From positions 576,001 through 640,000 of the forward strand of contig CAXXGO010000006.1 of NCBI GenBank assembly GCA_963666835.2: a DNA stretch of 64,000 bases. The letters run 5' to 3'. The notes under the pieces were generated by a model. The model worked only from the letters and a program-made list of their open reading frames with translations. It did not search any database and was not told the origin of the DNA. Position 1 is the first letter of the stretch. Each line of letters begins with the position of its first letter. Positions 10,009-20,890 of this stretch are shown here, one piece after another. The position numbers and the translations under genes were made by a program. This stretch comes from Phycisphaerae bacterium. Its GTDB lineage: Bacteria; Planctomycetota; Phycisphaerae; UBA1845.

Positions 10009-10465
10009 GGCACCTCCCTAAAATGGGGACAGTCACCTATTTTCGTCGGGCCTCATTCGTCACTGCCACGCCGGGCATACCGACGCCCGTGCGGCATCGT
10101 AGCTGATTCCCGAATCGTTGCGAAACGCATGATAAGCGGTCTCGGGGGACCGGTCGAGATGCGGGATCTGCCACGACACACGGGCGAGTACTAAGGCGTT
10201 CGGGACACTCGTCTGCTCCGTCCGCAGACGAAGTACGTCTCGTGTCTCGACGCTGGTCCGCTGAGCTGCCGGTGTCGCAGGAGCGACTCACTGCGGATCA
10301 TCGATTCTCCGCCTCCCGAGGCGGCAGGCCACCGGGCGGGACTGCGAATCCGCGAGACCCGAGCACGTTGCCGGCTTTCGGCCGTAGTGCCGACCTTGTT
10401 GCACTGGTGGTCGAACCGCCGACACTGGACGCCGGCCCGGCGTCGGGTGTTCGGGGGAGAGCCTG

Positions 10466-11728
10466 CTAATCACATGGATCCAGATCCGACACATCGATAC
10501 CGGCTAAACCTACGGCGGAAGCGTCCTCGTGGATCGCATTACTGATCCAGAGACAACCGGCAGCGTATTCATCACCCCACCGGCTCACCATCACCTCGGA
10601 AGTGCCTACGTCAAGTGCGGTTTCGTTGACCGAGTTAATCCACGCGCTCTCGACGCTGTCGATCTCCGCCCCGGGATCGAGGCCGGTACTGTACCAGCCG
10701 TCGGTCTCGACACCGTCGGTCGAGGGATTGTCTTTGATAACGTGCCACCAGATGGCGATAGTGCCGGTTCCGACGTTCTTGAAGTGGATCTTCGCCAGGC
10801 ACGACTCGTTGCCCGCACTTCCTGAGTAACGCGGCGGGTTCTCGGCGGTTATCTCGACCCACGTCGAGGCGTCGCATGCATCGGCCGAGAAGTTGCCGTC
10901 GCCGTCCGGATCACGGGAATCGATCGGATCTTCATTGTCTTCGTCATCGACATCGTCGCTGCTGGTGTTGTCATTGACGTTATCGTTGGTCGTATCATCG
11001 TTGGCGCTGTCATCCGCGTTGTCGTTATCGTCGTCGTCATTCCCGTTGTCGGATGTGTTATCGTTGTCATTGTCGTTCTGGTTCGTGTTGCCGTCGCCGT
11101 CCGTCTCGTCGAAGCGAACCTGCAGACCGTCGATCAGAACCCGCCCGGTTTGTTTGCCCGTGACCCTCAGGCACAAGTTGAACAGACCCGCTCGCACGGA
11201 TTCCAGCAGGGAGTCCTGGATCTGCATTTCGCTGTCATTCAAGTAGGTCACGTTGTTGCCAAAGCACATGACTTCATAGGTGCCGACCCACACCCCGTCC
11301 TCGCAGGGATTCTCCATGCCCGTGTCACCGATGAAAACGTCAATCAACACCAGAAGATCCGCGGTGCCGTCCTCCCCCTCGTCCCGCTCTCCGGCCGCGG
11401 TGGCCGTCGGCTGCCATTTGCCGGACGTGTCGTTGGGGATGAACTCGACACTCTCAGCGTTGAGAATCAAAGTTGCACCAAGTGGCTCGTCTTCGGGAGC
11501 CTCCGAGAACAGCTGCACGGCGAAAGACTTCTCCACGCCCGGTCCGTCGGCTGCCACGTCGAAGATGCCGTTCCCGCCCAGGGTAATCGAGAAGGTCGCT
11601 CCTCCGATCGTGAATCCTACGGTGGCCCCGCCGTCATCATTCGTCGTGACCGTTACCGTGCATGCGGCTATCAGGCCGACGCCCATGACCACGAGGACTC
11701 CGTAGCTGAGTTTCATGTTGCTGCGCAT
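10466..11728 (-). CDS. Putative lipoprotein with an Asn/Asp-rich linker, function unknown
   Basis: Start reassigned to ATG 11728 (GGAG RBS). MRSNMKLSYGVLVVMGVGLIAAC is a lipobox-like signal. A low-complexity NDNDND linker separates two Cys-containing domains. Confidence 0.7.
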   Translation of the reverse strand: MRSNMKLSYGVLVVMGVGLIAACTVTVTTNDDGGATVGFTIGGATFSITLGGNGIFDVAADGPGVEKSFAVQLFSEAPEDEPLGATLILNAESVEFIPNDTSGKWQPTATAAGERDEGEDGTADLLVLIDVFIGDTGMENPCEDGVWVGTYEVMCFGNNVTYLNDSEMQIQDSLLESVRAGLFNLCLRVTGKQTGRVLIDGLQVRFDETDGDGNTNQNDNDNDNTSDNGNDDDDNDNADDSANDDTTNDNVNDNTSSDDVDDEDNEDPIDSRDPDGDGNFSADACDASTWVEITAENPPRYSGSAGNESCLAKIHFKNVGTGTIAIWWHVIKDNPSTDGVETDGWYSTGLDPGAEIDSVESAWINSVNETALDVGTSEVMVSRWGDEYAAGCLWISNAIHEDASAVGLAGIDVSDLDPCD

Positions 11729-12120
11729 GTTCGTGTTCTCCCAGCGTCTCAACGCGCGACCTACCCAAAGGACGAATTCGGCAACGGCGGCCAAACCCAA
11801 CCGGGCGTAGGAACGCCCGGTCGCTCCGGGCGAGGGGCGCATGGCCACTGCACGATTCTCCGGCAGCGTACCTCGACAGATCGCCGTCTTCAAGCGATAT
11901 TCGCTTACTGACGGAAGTAAGCCGTACACCCGCGAACGGTGCCCCAGCGACGGTTCACAATTGTGCCGCCACGCGCTCCGAGGCCTCCCGGTACGGGCGA
12001 GAGGTTCAGCTCGGCGCCCGGACCGTTCTCTGAAACGGGAGCTTCCGGCTGGACGGGTTGAGCGTAGTCCGCCGGGACGGACTGGATCGAAGCAAGTGAT
12101 GCGGAAGGCCAGCGCGTCAA

Positions 12121-12155
12121 CAGGCGTGCGCACAATCATCCGAGGCGCACGCCTG
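12121..12155 (-). terminator. Possible terminator hairpin downstream of the MCP gene
   Basis: Perfect 11-bp stem caggcgtgcgc/gcgcacgcctg just after the stop codon. The U-tract is weak. Confidence 0.45.
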
Positions 12156-12178
12156 AAGACCGTTTCTCTCGGTACGAA

Positions 12179-14068
12179 TCAGAAGTCCTGCAACTCTCTC
12201 TCCGGTATCGAGGCGAACTCATCCGATGAATAGCCGGCTTCTCTTTGCTCAGTTTCAAGGTGGCCGCCTACCGGGGCGCCCCCAAGGGCGGCTACTGCGG
12301 TCCTCTTCTTGGCGTTGCGCCTGGATGTTGTCTGCAAACTGACTGACGTGTTTGCTTTGGCTCCTCTGACAATGCCGATGAGTTCGCCCACGATTGCCTT
12401 GACGGAGCCAGCCTGAGCGCTGAGCTCCTCGGCGGCACTGGCCGATTCCTCAGCCCCAGCGGCGTTTTGCTGAGTGACCTTGTCCATCTGAGAGACGGCC
12501 GTGTTGACTTGATCCACCCCCTGAGCCTGTTCCTCGCTGGCCGTGGCAATGCCCTCAATCAACTCGCTGACTTTGGCGACGCCGCCCACGATCGCCTCCA
12601 TTGCGTTGGTACCCTCGCGCGCCCTACTGACGGAATCCTCGATAAGACCGGTGATTTCTCGAGACGCCGCGGCTGCCCGCTGGGCTAAGTTGCGAACCTC
12701 ATCCGCTACGACGGCAAAGCCCTTGCCGTGTTCCCCGGCGCGGGCCGCCTCAACCGCCGCGTTCAACGCCAGCAGATTCGTCTGGAACGCGATCTCCTCG
12801 ATCACCTTGATGATCTTGTTAATCTGGCCCGACGACTCCGAAATCGCTCCCATCGTCTCATTCCCGCTACTGGCGTCCCGGTGAGATTGCGCAGAGAGTT
12901 CGTTGGCCTCCTGAGCTCTGGACGCGTTCGTTCGCGTCATTGCGGTTATCTCCTCCAAAGCGCTGGAAGTCTCTTCCAAGGAGGACGCCTGTTCACTGGC
13001 GCCGGCGGCCAACTGCTGCGAGGCGGTCGATACCTGTTCGGCGGCGTCGTTAACTTGATCCGCTCCGTCGTTCAGCCCGTTGATGATTCGATTAATAGGT
13101 CCTGTGATCGAGCGGGCGAGGAGCAGGGCGAGGATGATCCCGAAAACAATCGCGCCTGCGGAGACACTCATGACTGTCTTGACTGCTCGTTCATTTGAGG
13201 CCTGCAGTCGTGGACCCAACGCGTCCTGGTCCGTCTTGACGGAGAGTTTCACTCCCTCAACCTCCTCGGCGATTTCCGGACCGAGCCTATCCAGCTTATC
13301 CTCAATGAGTTTGTTTCGCGCATTGATGGTTGCGACCAGTTCATTGAACGTATGAGAGTAGGTCTTTTGGGCGTCTACGACCGTAGCCAGCATTCCGCGC
13401 CGCTCGGAGTTTTCGAGGTTTTCATTTAAGATGGTGAGGTTTGCGGCCATCGTCTCTAGTTCCTTATTCACTCTCTCGACCGCCGATGGATCGTTGGTGT
13501 CGAGGAACTTTGCCATATACAGCCGCGCCAGCATCATGTGCCTCATGGCAATGCCGCTCAAATAGGCTGCCGCCAAGTCCTCGTCTTCGTGTGCGGATGT
13601 CATGATGCCGGTCAAATTGTCCTCCATAAGCGGTCCTTTGACATTGAGAACATCGTTGACAAGCGTGTCCCGCTCGGCCATGTACTGTTTGACCTGCTCG
13701 AAAGCTGCGCCGTATTGATCCACCATGTCCTCTGCAGAATCGACCAGGGCCGCCCGCTCGGGTTTCTGGATTTCCGTTTGGGCTTCCGCCATGAACCCCG
13801 CCATCTTTTCGAAATACTCGTCGTACTGTTGTATGTCCTTGTCAGCGCCTGTTATGAGAAAGTCCTTGACGTTCATTCGAACCATGAGCATATTCGCCTG
13901 CAAGCGCCCGCTGAGGTTTGCATCGCGCGCCAGACCGCGATACTCCACAAACCCGTCCTGCGCTTCGTTTAGAGCATTCCAGGATACGACGGATCCGGCA
14001 ACAAGCAAAACCAAGATACAGGCGAAACCTGCGAAGATCTTCATACCTAGCCCGAGGTTCTTCAGCAT
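12179..14068 (-). CDS. Methyl-accepting chemotaxis protein with a helical periplasmic sensor domain
   Basis: Two TM helices, the hairpin tip [37 protein letters not shown] and EQ/EE methylation motifs. Start moved to ATG 14068 (GGGAG RBS). Confidence 0.93.
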   Translation of the reverse strand: MLKNLGLGMKIFAGFACILVLLVAGSVVSWNALNEAQDGFVEYRGLARDANLSGRLQANMLMVRMNVKDFLITGADKDIQQYDEYFEKMAGFMAEAQTEIQKPERAALVDSAEDMVDQYGAAFEQVKQYMAERDTLVNDVLNVKGPLMEDNLTGIMTSAHEDEDLAAAYLSGIAMRHMMLARLYMAKFLDTNDPSAVERVNKELETMAANLTILNENLENSERRGMLATVVDAQKTYSHTFNELVATINARNKLIEDKLDRLGPEIAEEVEGVKLSVKTDQDALGPRLQASNERAVKTVMSVSAGAIVFGIILALLLARSITGPINRIINGLNDGADQVNDAAEQVSTASQQLAAGASEQASSLEETSSALEEITAMTRTNASRAQEANELSAQSHRDASSGNETMGAISESSGQINKIIKVIEEIAFQTNLLALNAAVEAARAGEHGKGFAVVADEVRNLAQRAAAASREITGLIEDSVSRAREGTNAMEAIVGGVAKVSELIEGIATASEEQAQGVDQVNTAVSQMDKVTQQNAAGAEESASAAEELSAQAGSVKAIVGELIGIVRGAKANTSVSLQTTSRRNAKKRTAVAALGGAPVGGHLETEQREAGYSSDEFASIPERELQDF

Positions 14069-14900
14069 CGTCAGTAGCTCCCAGAAAGGTCCGGTCGGAC
14101 AGCGTGCGCCGGCCGGTATATGTGAAACGGACAGGCCTTTACAAAACAAGTCACCTAGATAGCTGCAATGGTCGTGCAGGCAGCCGGCAGAACACCGCGG
14201 GAGTTGTCTTATGGCGGCTTCTGCAACGTACTACCCAGCATTTGATTTGATCGGTATCAGCACAGGGAGGCTACAGTAAATGGCGGGCAAAATAATCCAG
14301 ATTAGTGCAACACTGCTTGGGGAAATTGGGAGAAGGCCAGTCTCGCAATAGCCTGGCCGAATAGGAGCTCGCCGTCGACGATCGGGTCTGTATATCCGGC
14401 GTTTTGGTTAGGGGGAACCCTACACCGCAAGGCCGCTCGTTCGACAAGGGTCTTCGGGTTTTTCCCAGCGCGTCAGTCGACGTTGACTTGGTTGCATGGC
14501 AAGACGTGGGGAATTCGGGTTCCAGCGAGCAGGGCTTGGCCACCACGACTCCATTCTACTGGCAGGACAGCTAAACACCTGACATGTCGAAGGCGACGGA
14601 CACCACCGACCGAATTCACGCCCGGGGATCGGTTGCCCGAGACGGCAGCCGGTCGGCCAGTGGAGACGGTCTGTACTAGGCCTGTGTGGTACCGCCCGGA
14701 CGTTTGACTTGCGACATCCAAGCATGATCGGGACGTTCGATGTTATCGGATGGTCGGTTTACCATCGGCATCCGCTGCTGCTGTCTGGAGAAGATAGGCA
14801 CTTTACAAAATAACAGTAAAACTACTTGGATCCGACGGCCGCGGGTGATACACTGAGGGGTTTGCACACCGTCCCAATAAGAGGAGGAGGTGAGGAGACG

Positions 14901-17630
14901 ATGCGCCAATTGGTTTTAATTGCTCTGACCGTTCTGGCAATCACGCCGTGGAGTGTTGCCCAGCAGGCCAAGACGGTTCCCCAGGATGTGCTGGATCGCA
15001 TCGTCGATAACGATCCGAACCCACTTCCGAAGTACCTGACGCCCGCGGAGCGGCTGATCCCGCGGAAGACCCGCACTGCTCTCGAGGTGCTGCAAACGAC
15101 GGCGCCCCCGACGGGAACGGTACATACCCCGGCGGAGTACGAGCTGAACGAGGGGTTGCTGATCAGTTGGGGGTCGTACAACGACGTGCTGACGGCCATG
15201 ACGGTCGGGGTGACCACGGGCGACCCGGACGGCATCATGTACATCCTGGTCAGCGGGGCGTCGGAACAGAGTAGCGCGACCAGCACGCTGACGTCGGCCG
15301 GGGCGGACATGAGCCAGGTGAGTTTCATCACGTACTCGACCAACACCGTCTGGATACGCGACTACGGTCCGCGTTTCATCTTCGAGGACGGAGTGCGGGC
15401 GATAGTCGATCACGACTACAACCGCCCGCGGCCGTCGGATGACGCGTTCCCGGCGTTTTTGAGTTCGCAGTGGGGCGAGCCGTTGTACGACATTGGTCTG
15501 ACCCACGGAGGCGGCAACTTCCATCTGTTCGCCACCGGTGACGCCTTCATGACAGACCTGATTCTGGACGAGAACTCCGGCTGGACGGAATCGCAGGTTC
15601 AAGACCGGTACGCGGATTACCAGAATCTCGATTTGACGATATACCCCGGCTTCCCCACCAGTTTCGATTCGACTCAGCACATCGACATGTGGATGCTCCC
15701 GGTTGGGGACGACGAGGTAATCATCGGGCAGTATTCGAGTTCTGCGGGTCAGCCGTACACGATTACGGAAAACGCGGTAACGGATCTCACGTCGCGCGGG
15801 TACACGGTTCACCGCACGCCGGGCTGGAACTCGGGCGGGACTCACTACACTTACACGAATGCGGTGATCTTCAACGATATCGTGTTTGTGCCGCGCTTCG
15901 GCGGCTCGTACACGACCCCGGACGCCCAGGCTTTGACGGTATTCGAGACCGCGTTCCCCGCGCCGCAGTATCAGGTTATCCAGGTGGATTGTTCGAGCAT
16001 CATCCACGCGGCCGGGGCGATGCACTGCATCGTAATGCACGTGCCGGCGTACGCGGACCCGATTCCGGTCGTCAAGGTGGTTTCTCCGAACGGGGGCGAG
16101 TACCGGACGGTGGGTCAGGAGTATGACATCACGTGGACGGCGCACGATGACGTCGGGATCACCGGGGTGGACCTGTATTATTCGACGGACGGTGGGGCGA
16201 CTTACCCTCACGTTATCGCCCTGGGCGAGCCGGACGATGGATCGTTTACGTGGCTGGTGCCGAATACCCCATCTACGGAGTGCCGGGTCCGGATCGTGGC
16301 ACATGATGCGGACACCAACTCCGGCGAGGACGTTTCCGACGCTGACTTCGAGATCACGCTATACGGCCCGCAGTTGTTCTACGATTTCCCGATGGATACC
16401 AATCCCGGGTGGACCACGCAGGGGCAATGGGCTTTCGGCAAGGCCACCGGCGGAGGGGGAGCCAACGGCGGTCCCGATCCCACGATGGGGAGCACGGGGA
16501 ACAATGTGTACGGATACAACCTCACCGGCGACTATGCCAACGGCATGCCGGAGTATCATCTGACCAGCACCGCTCTGGATTGCACCGGACTGGAGGACGT
16601 CCACCTGGTCTTCCAGCGGTGGCTGGGCGTTGAGACTTCGACCTACGACCACGCGTACGTGCGGGTGAGCAACAACGGCACGGCGTGGACCACCGTGTGG
16701 GAGAACACGGGCGAGGTCGCCGACACCGCGTGGATAGAGATGGACCTGGACATTTCCGCGGTGGCCGATGACCAGTCGACCGTGTATCTGCGTTGGACGA
16801 TGGGTATCAGCGACAGTTGGGAGGTGTATTGCGGTTGGAATATCGACGACGTCGAGATTTGGGCGATCGGCGATCCCGTGGACTGCAACGCCAACGGCAT
16901 CCCGGACAACCTGGACATCGCGCAAGGGACCAGCGAAGACTGCAACGTCAACGAAGTACCCGATGAGTGTGATATTGCCGAAGGGACCAGCACGGACTTG
17001 AACGGCAACACCGTCCCCGATGAATGTGAAGTCAGTGCACCGCTGGCGGCTTCCTGGCCGTACGGTTTCGGCAAGAACCGGTACATATCGCTGGCGCCGA
17101 ACAACAGCGGCGGGGTAAGCGTTGCCTTGCAGATCGAGTTGGAATCCAGTGTGTTCTTCCCGGATTCGGCCGGGCTGCTGGGATGGATCGGGGAGCCGGA
17201 CGGCGAGGGTATCAGCCGGATAACGACCACGCCGTTCTATACCGACGGCTGGCCCGCGATCGTTCATGTTGGAGACTGCTGGATAGTGCCGGCAGCGACC
17301 TATCATGTTCGGGCGACCGCGGATGAGGCCGTTTTTTCCGAAGATCTCGAACTTGATACTGTCTCGCAACCGTCGCCCAAGTACTGGTGCGACGCGGTGG
17401 GCAGTTACATCGGTGATGAATGGACGGGGCCGAACGGGGTGGTGAGCATGGATGACATCATGGCCACCATCCAGATGTTCCAGGCCTCGCCGAGCGCGCC
17501 GCCGCTTGTTTGGGTTGACGTTGATCCGCAGGTCCCCAACAAGGTGGTCAACATGACCGACGTCATGCAGATGGTGGGTGGATTCAAGGGTCTGCCTTAC
17601 CCGTTCAGCGCTCCGGCGGATTGCCCGTAG
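14901..17630 (+). CDS. Secreted agmatine/peptidyl-arginine deiminase family protein with Ig-like, MAM-like and shared C-terminal domains
   Basis: Strong RBS and signal peptide MRQLVLIALTVLAITPWSVA. Catalytic motifs PAEY, WIRDYGP, GGN, HID, YTN and GAMHC, followed by a VVSPNGGE Ig-like domain. Confidence 0.9.
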   Translation: MRQLVLIALTVLAITPWSVAQQAKTVPQDVLDRIVDNDPNPLPKYLTPAERLIPRKTRTALEVLQTTAPPTGTVHTPAEYELNEGLLISWGSYNDVLTAMTVGVTTGDPDGIMYILVSGASEQSSATSTLTSAGADMSQVSFITYSTNTVWIRDYGPRFIFEDGVRAIVDHDYNRPRPSDDAFPAFLSSQWGEPLYDIGLTHGGGNFHLFATGDAFMTDLILDENSGWTESQVQDRYADYQNLDLTIYPGFPTSFDSTQHIDMWMLPVGDDEVIIGQYSSSAGQPYTITENAVTDLTSRGYTVHRTPGWNSGGTHYTYTNAVIFNDIVFVPRFGGSYTTPDAQALTVFETAFPAPQYQVIQVDCSSIIHAAGAMHCIVMHVPAYADPIPVVKVVSPNGGEYRTVGQEYDITWTAHDDVGITGVDLYYSTDGGATYPHVIALGEPDDGSFTWLVPNTPSTECRVRIVAHDADTNSGEDVSDADFEITLYGPQLFYDFPMDTNPGWTTQGQWAFGKATGGGGANGGPDPTMGSTGNNVYGYNLTGDYANGMPEYHLTSTALDCTGLEDVHLVFQRWLGVETSTYDHAYVRVSNNGTAWTTVWENTGEVADTAWIEMDLDISAVADDQSTVYLRWTMGISDSWEVYCGWNIDDVEIWAIGDPVDCNANGIPDNLDIAQGTSEDCNVNEVPDECDIAEGTSTDLNGNTVPDECEVSAPLAASWPYGFGKNRYISLAPNNSGGVSVALQIELESSVFFPDSAGLLGWIGEPDGEGISRITTTPFYTDGWPAIVHVGDCWIVPAATYHVRATADEAVFSEDLELDTVSQPSPKYWCDAVGSYIGDEWTGPNGVVSMDDIMATIQMFQASPSAPPLVWVDVDPQVPNKVVNMTDVMQMVGGFKGLPYPFSAPADCP

Positions 17631-17886
17631 CTTACGGGTAGATGAAGGGAACCGGCAACGAGTCGATTCCCGCTCGCAGTAGCAAGCGAAGCCTTCCGCG
17701 AGATGCTCGTGTTTCTTTCGGCGGGCCGTCGTAGGAAGAAGGCGGCGAAGCAGGGAGCGCCGCGTATCGGAGTCGTGCGGGTGCGCGTGCAGAGTCACCC
17801 GTACCGGGCGTTTGTGGAAGTCGGCGTATGCCCGCGCCGGAGAGCAAGCCGTCGTATGTTATTCATGCGGCATAGGAGAGAGTCCG

Positions 17887-20817
17887 ATGATCAGCACTAA
17901 TTGCCTCCCCGTCTTTTTGACGAGCATCTTGTTCGCGACTGCGTTATGCGGTACCGGCTTGGCAGACCCGCCATCCTCGTTTGATCTGCGCGACGTGGGC
18001 GGAATCGACTACGTCACCTCAATAAAAAGCCAGACCGGGGGGACATGCTGGACGCATGGAACGATGGCGGCGATCGAAGGCAACCTGTTGATGACCGGCG
18101 CCTGGACGGCGGCCGGCGAAACCGGAGAGCCGAACCTGGCCGAGTATCACCTCGACTGGTGGAACGGTTTCAACGAGCACAACAACGACGACCTTGATCC
18201 TCCGTCCGGCAGTGGGCTGGTAGTCCACGAAGGAGGCGACTATCGCGTGGCGACCGCATACCTTAGCCGGGGTGAAGGAGCGGTTCGGGACGAGGACGGG
18301 CAATCGTACAGTTCACCCCCCTCCCGGTCGGAACCGGGTTACCATTACTACTACCCGCGCGATGTGGAGTGGTTCACGGCCGGGGCGGATCTGAGCAACA
18401 TCGATACGCTCAAGAACAAGATCATGGCCGAAGGAGTCATGGGTACGTGCCTGGCGTACAGCAGTAGCTTCATCTCCAATTACATCCACTATCAGCCGCC
18501 GACCAGTACGATGCTCCCGAATCACGCGGTGGCGATCATCGGTTGGGATGACGATCAGGCGACGCAGGCCCCGCTGGACGGCGCCTGGCTCTGCAAGAAC
18601 AGTTGGGGGTCCGGCTGGGGTAATGACGGCTGCTTCTGGATCTCCTATTACGACAAGTGGGCCGGCCAGGAGCCCGAGATGGGCGCCGTGACCTTCCGAA
18701 ACGTCGAACCGTTCGCCTACGATAACATTTACTACCACGATTATCACGGCTGGCGGGACACGATGACCGGAATCACCGAGGCGTTCAACACGTTCACGGC
18801 CGAGGCCGACGAAACGCTGCAAGCGGTGAGTTTCTTCGTGGCCGCGGACAACGTGACGTATACCGTGCGGATCTATGACCGGTTCGAGGGCGGGGTGCTA
18901 CTGGATGAGCTTTCCAGCACTACGGGTCTGATCGAGTACTCCGGTTTTCACACCATCGATCTGGACAGTGCCGTCGGGTTGTCTGCGGGTGACGACTTCC
19001 ACATTTACGTAGAGCTATCCGCCGGGGGGCACCCGTTCGATCGCACGTCGGATGTGCCGGTTCTGCTCGGAGCGCGATATCGCACGATCGTCGAGTCGGC
19101 GGCCGGGCCGGGCGAGAGCTATTATCATAACGGCTCCGATTGGCGAGACCTGTACGATCATGAGTTTGCCGATTCTTCGTGGGATGGGACGGCCAACTTC
19201 TGTATCAAGGGGTTGGCGGTGGAGAAGGGGCTTTCGGTCACTCCCGACACGGGCCTGTTGGCTGCCGGGCCGGTCGGCGGTCCGTTCGAGCCGGTTTCCG
19301 CCGTTTATGACATAACGAACCAGGACGATCATGCGATCGACTTCGAGGTAACGAAGGACCCTGGGGACACGTGGTTCACGATTACCGGTGACACTACCGG
19401 AAACCTGGACCCGCAGGAGACCGCGCAAATAACCGTCGAGATCAACAGCGGGGCGGACGTTCTGAGCTCCGGAGCGTATAACGGCACGGTGTACATCACC
19501 AACACCACGGATCACCTGGGCGATACGGAGCGTCCGGTGCTATTGGCCGTGGGAGACCCGACCCTGCAATATGAATGGCTTCTCGATACCGATCCCGGCT
19601 GGACCACGGAAGGGCAGTGGGAGTTCGGAATTCCGTTGGGCGGAGGAGGATCTTCCGGAAATCCGGATCCGATGGGTGGCGGCTATACGGGCAGTAATGT
19701 TTATGGATATAACCTGGCCGGCGATTACTCGGTTAACGAACCTGAGCGGCACCTGACCAGTACGGCGATCGATTGCACCGGCCTGCTCAACGTGCATCTG
19801 AAGTTCTGGCGGTGGTTGGGCGTCGAGGAGCCGCGCTGGGATCATGCGTATGTTCGGGTGAGTAATGATGGGACCGATTGGGTCACCGTTTGGGAAAACG
19901 AGGATGAAGTGACCGACTCGACGTGGGTGGAGATGGACTTGGACATCTCGGAGGTGGCCGCCGATCAGGCGACCGTCTATTTGCGCTGGACGATGGGTAC
20001 TACGGATACCGCCGACGTCTTCTGCGGATGGAATATCGACGATATAGCCATTTGGGCGGTGGGTAGCCCGCCCGACTGCAACGACAACGGTATTCCGGAT
20101 CATTTGGATATTTCCGGCGGAACGAGCCCGGACTGCAACGGCAATGGCATTCCGGACGAGTGTGATATCGAGAGCGGGTTCAGCGTGGATAATAACGGCA
20201 ACGATATCCCCGACGAATGCGAGTTGTATCCGCCGGTCGCGGCCGATCCGCCCCACGACGTACTCAAGAACCGGTATTTGTCGTTCAACCCGAACAATAC
20301 CGAAACCGTAGCGCTCCGCGTCGAGATGACCGACAGCACCTTATTCCCGGGCTCTGTCGGCGCGTCCGGATGGGTTGCGGAGCCGGACGGAACCGGACGG
20401 GCCTCGCTTGCTGCGGCGCCGTTCTACAGCTCGGCCTGGCCGGCGCTCGTTCATGTGGGCCATTGCCGGATCACGCCGGGTTCGGAATACGAAGTCCGCG
20501 CCACCGCTGACGGGACCAACTTCTCCGACGCTTTGACGGTCATGACGGCGGACCAGCCGCTACCCAAGGTATGGGCCGACGTCGTGGGACCGTTCGGCAG
20601 TGCAGAGTGGACCGCACCCAACGGTATTGTGAGTATGGACGACCTCATGGCGGCGGTTCAGAAGTTCCAGGCGGTAGCAACAGCGCCACCTTTGACCTGG
20701 GTAGACGTAGACGGCGAACAGCCCAACGGGGTCGTGAATATGACCGACCTCCAGCAGATTGTGAATGCGTTCAAAGGTCAGTCGTACCCGTTCAGTGCTC
20801 CGGCTGACTGTCCATAG
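17887..20817 (+). CDS. Secreted papain-family (C1) cysteine protease with lectin-like, BACON-like, MAM-like and shared C-terminal domains
   Basis: Signal peptide followed by PSSFDLR. Catalytic Gln/Cys in SQTGGTCW, His in NHAVAIIGW and Asn in KNSWG. Start set at ATG 17887 after an AGGAG RBS. Confidence 0.9.
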   Translation: MISTNCLPVFLTSILFATALCGTGLADPPSSFDLRDVGGIDYVTSIKSQTGGTCWTHGTMAAIEGNLLMTGAWTAAGETGEPNLAEYHLDWWNGFNEHNNDDLDPPSGSGLVVHEGGDYRVATAYLSRGEGAVRDEDGQSYSSPPSRSEPGYHYYYPRDVEWFTAGADLSNIDTLKNKIMAEGVMGTCLAYSSSFISNYIHYQPPTSTMLPNHAVAIIGWDDDQATQAPLDGAWLCKNSWGSGWGNDGCFWISYYDKWAGQEPEMGAVTFRNVEPFAYDNIYYHDYHGWRDTMTGITEAFNTFTAEADETLQAVSFFVAADNVTYTVRIYDRFEGGVLLDELSSTTGLIEYSGFHTIDLDSAVGLSAGDDFHIYVELSAGGHPFDRTSDVPVLLGARYRTIVESAAGPGESYYHNGSDWRDLYDHEFADSSWDGTANFCIKGLAVEKGLSVTPDTGLLAAGPVGGPFEPVSAVYDITNQDDHAIDFEVTKDPGDTWFTITGDTTGNLDPQETAQITVEINSGADVLSSGAYNGTVYITNTTDHLGDTERPVLLAVGDPTLQYEWLLDTDPGWTTEGQWEFGIPLGGGGSSGNPDPMGGGYTGSNVYGYNLAGDYSVNEPERHLTSTAIDCTGLLNVHLKFWRWLGVEEPRWDHAYVRVSNDGTDWVTVWENEDEVTDSTWVEMDLDISEVAADQATVYLRWTMGTTDTADVFCGWNIDDIAIWAVGSPPDCNDNGIPDHLDISGGTSPDCNGNGIPDECDIESGFSVDNNGNDIPDECELYPPVAADPPHDVLKNRYLSFNPNNTETVALRVEMTDSTLFPGSVGASGWVAEPDGTGRASLAAAPFYSSAWPALVHVGHCRITPGSEYEVRATADGTNFSDALTVMTADQPLPKVWADVVGPFGSAEWTAPNGIVSMDDLMAAVQKFQAVATAPPLTWVDVDGEQPNGVVNMTDLQQIVNAFKGQSYPFSAPADCP

Positions 20818-20890
20818 ATGGAGAATCTCTACGGAGCGCTTTCTCAGGGAAGTGTGCCCCGGATGATATGTAGAAAGGAATGGAACGAAA

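Noticed and set aside
11760..11900. Possible c-di-GMP-I riboswitch upstream of the lipoprotein, prompted by a GTTGCCGAA-like 3' end
   Set aside because: The GGCAAAC..GAAA..GACGCAAAGC core is not present.
11729..12139. N-terminal extension of the 557-aa ORF
   Set aside because: It is Arg/Pro-rich non-protein-like sequence. An RBS and lipoprotein signal mark 11728 as the start.
14069..14900. 830-bp divergent intergenic region with CTTTACAAAA present twice (~14137 and ~14801)
   Set aside because: It probably holds promoters for the MCP and the enzyme cluster, but one 10-bp match and several short ORFs are not enough to call a site or gene.
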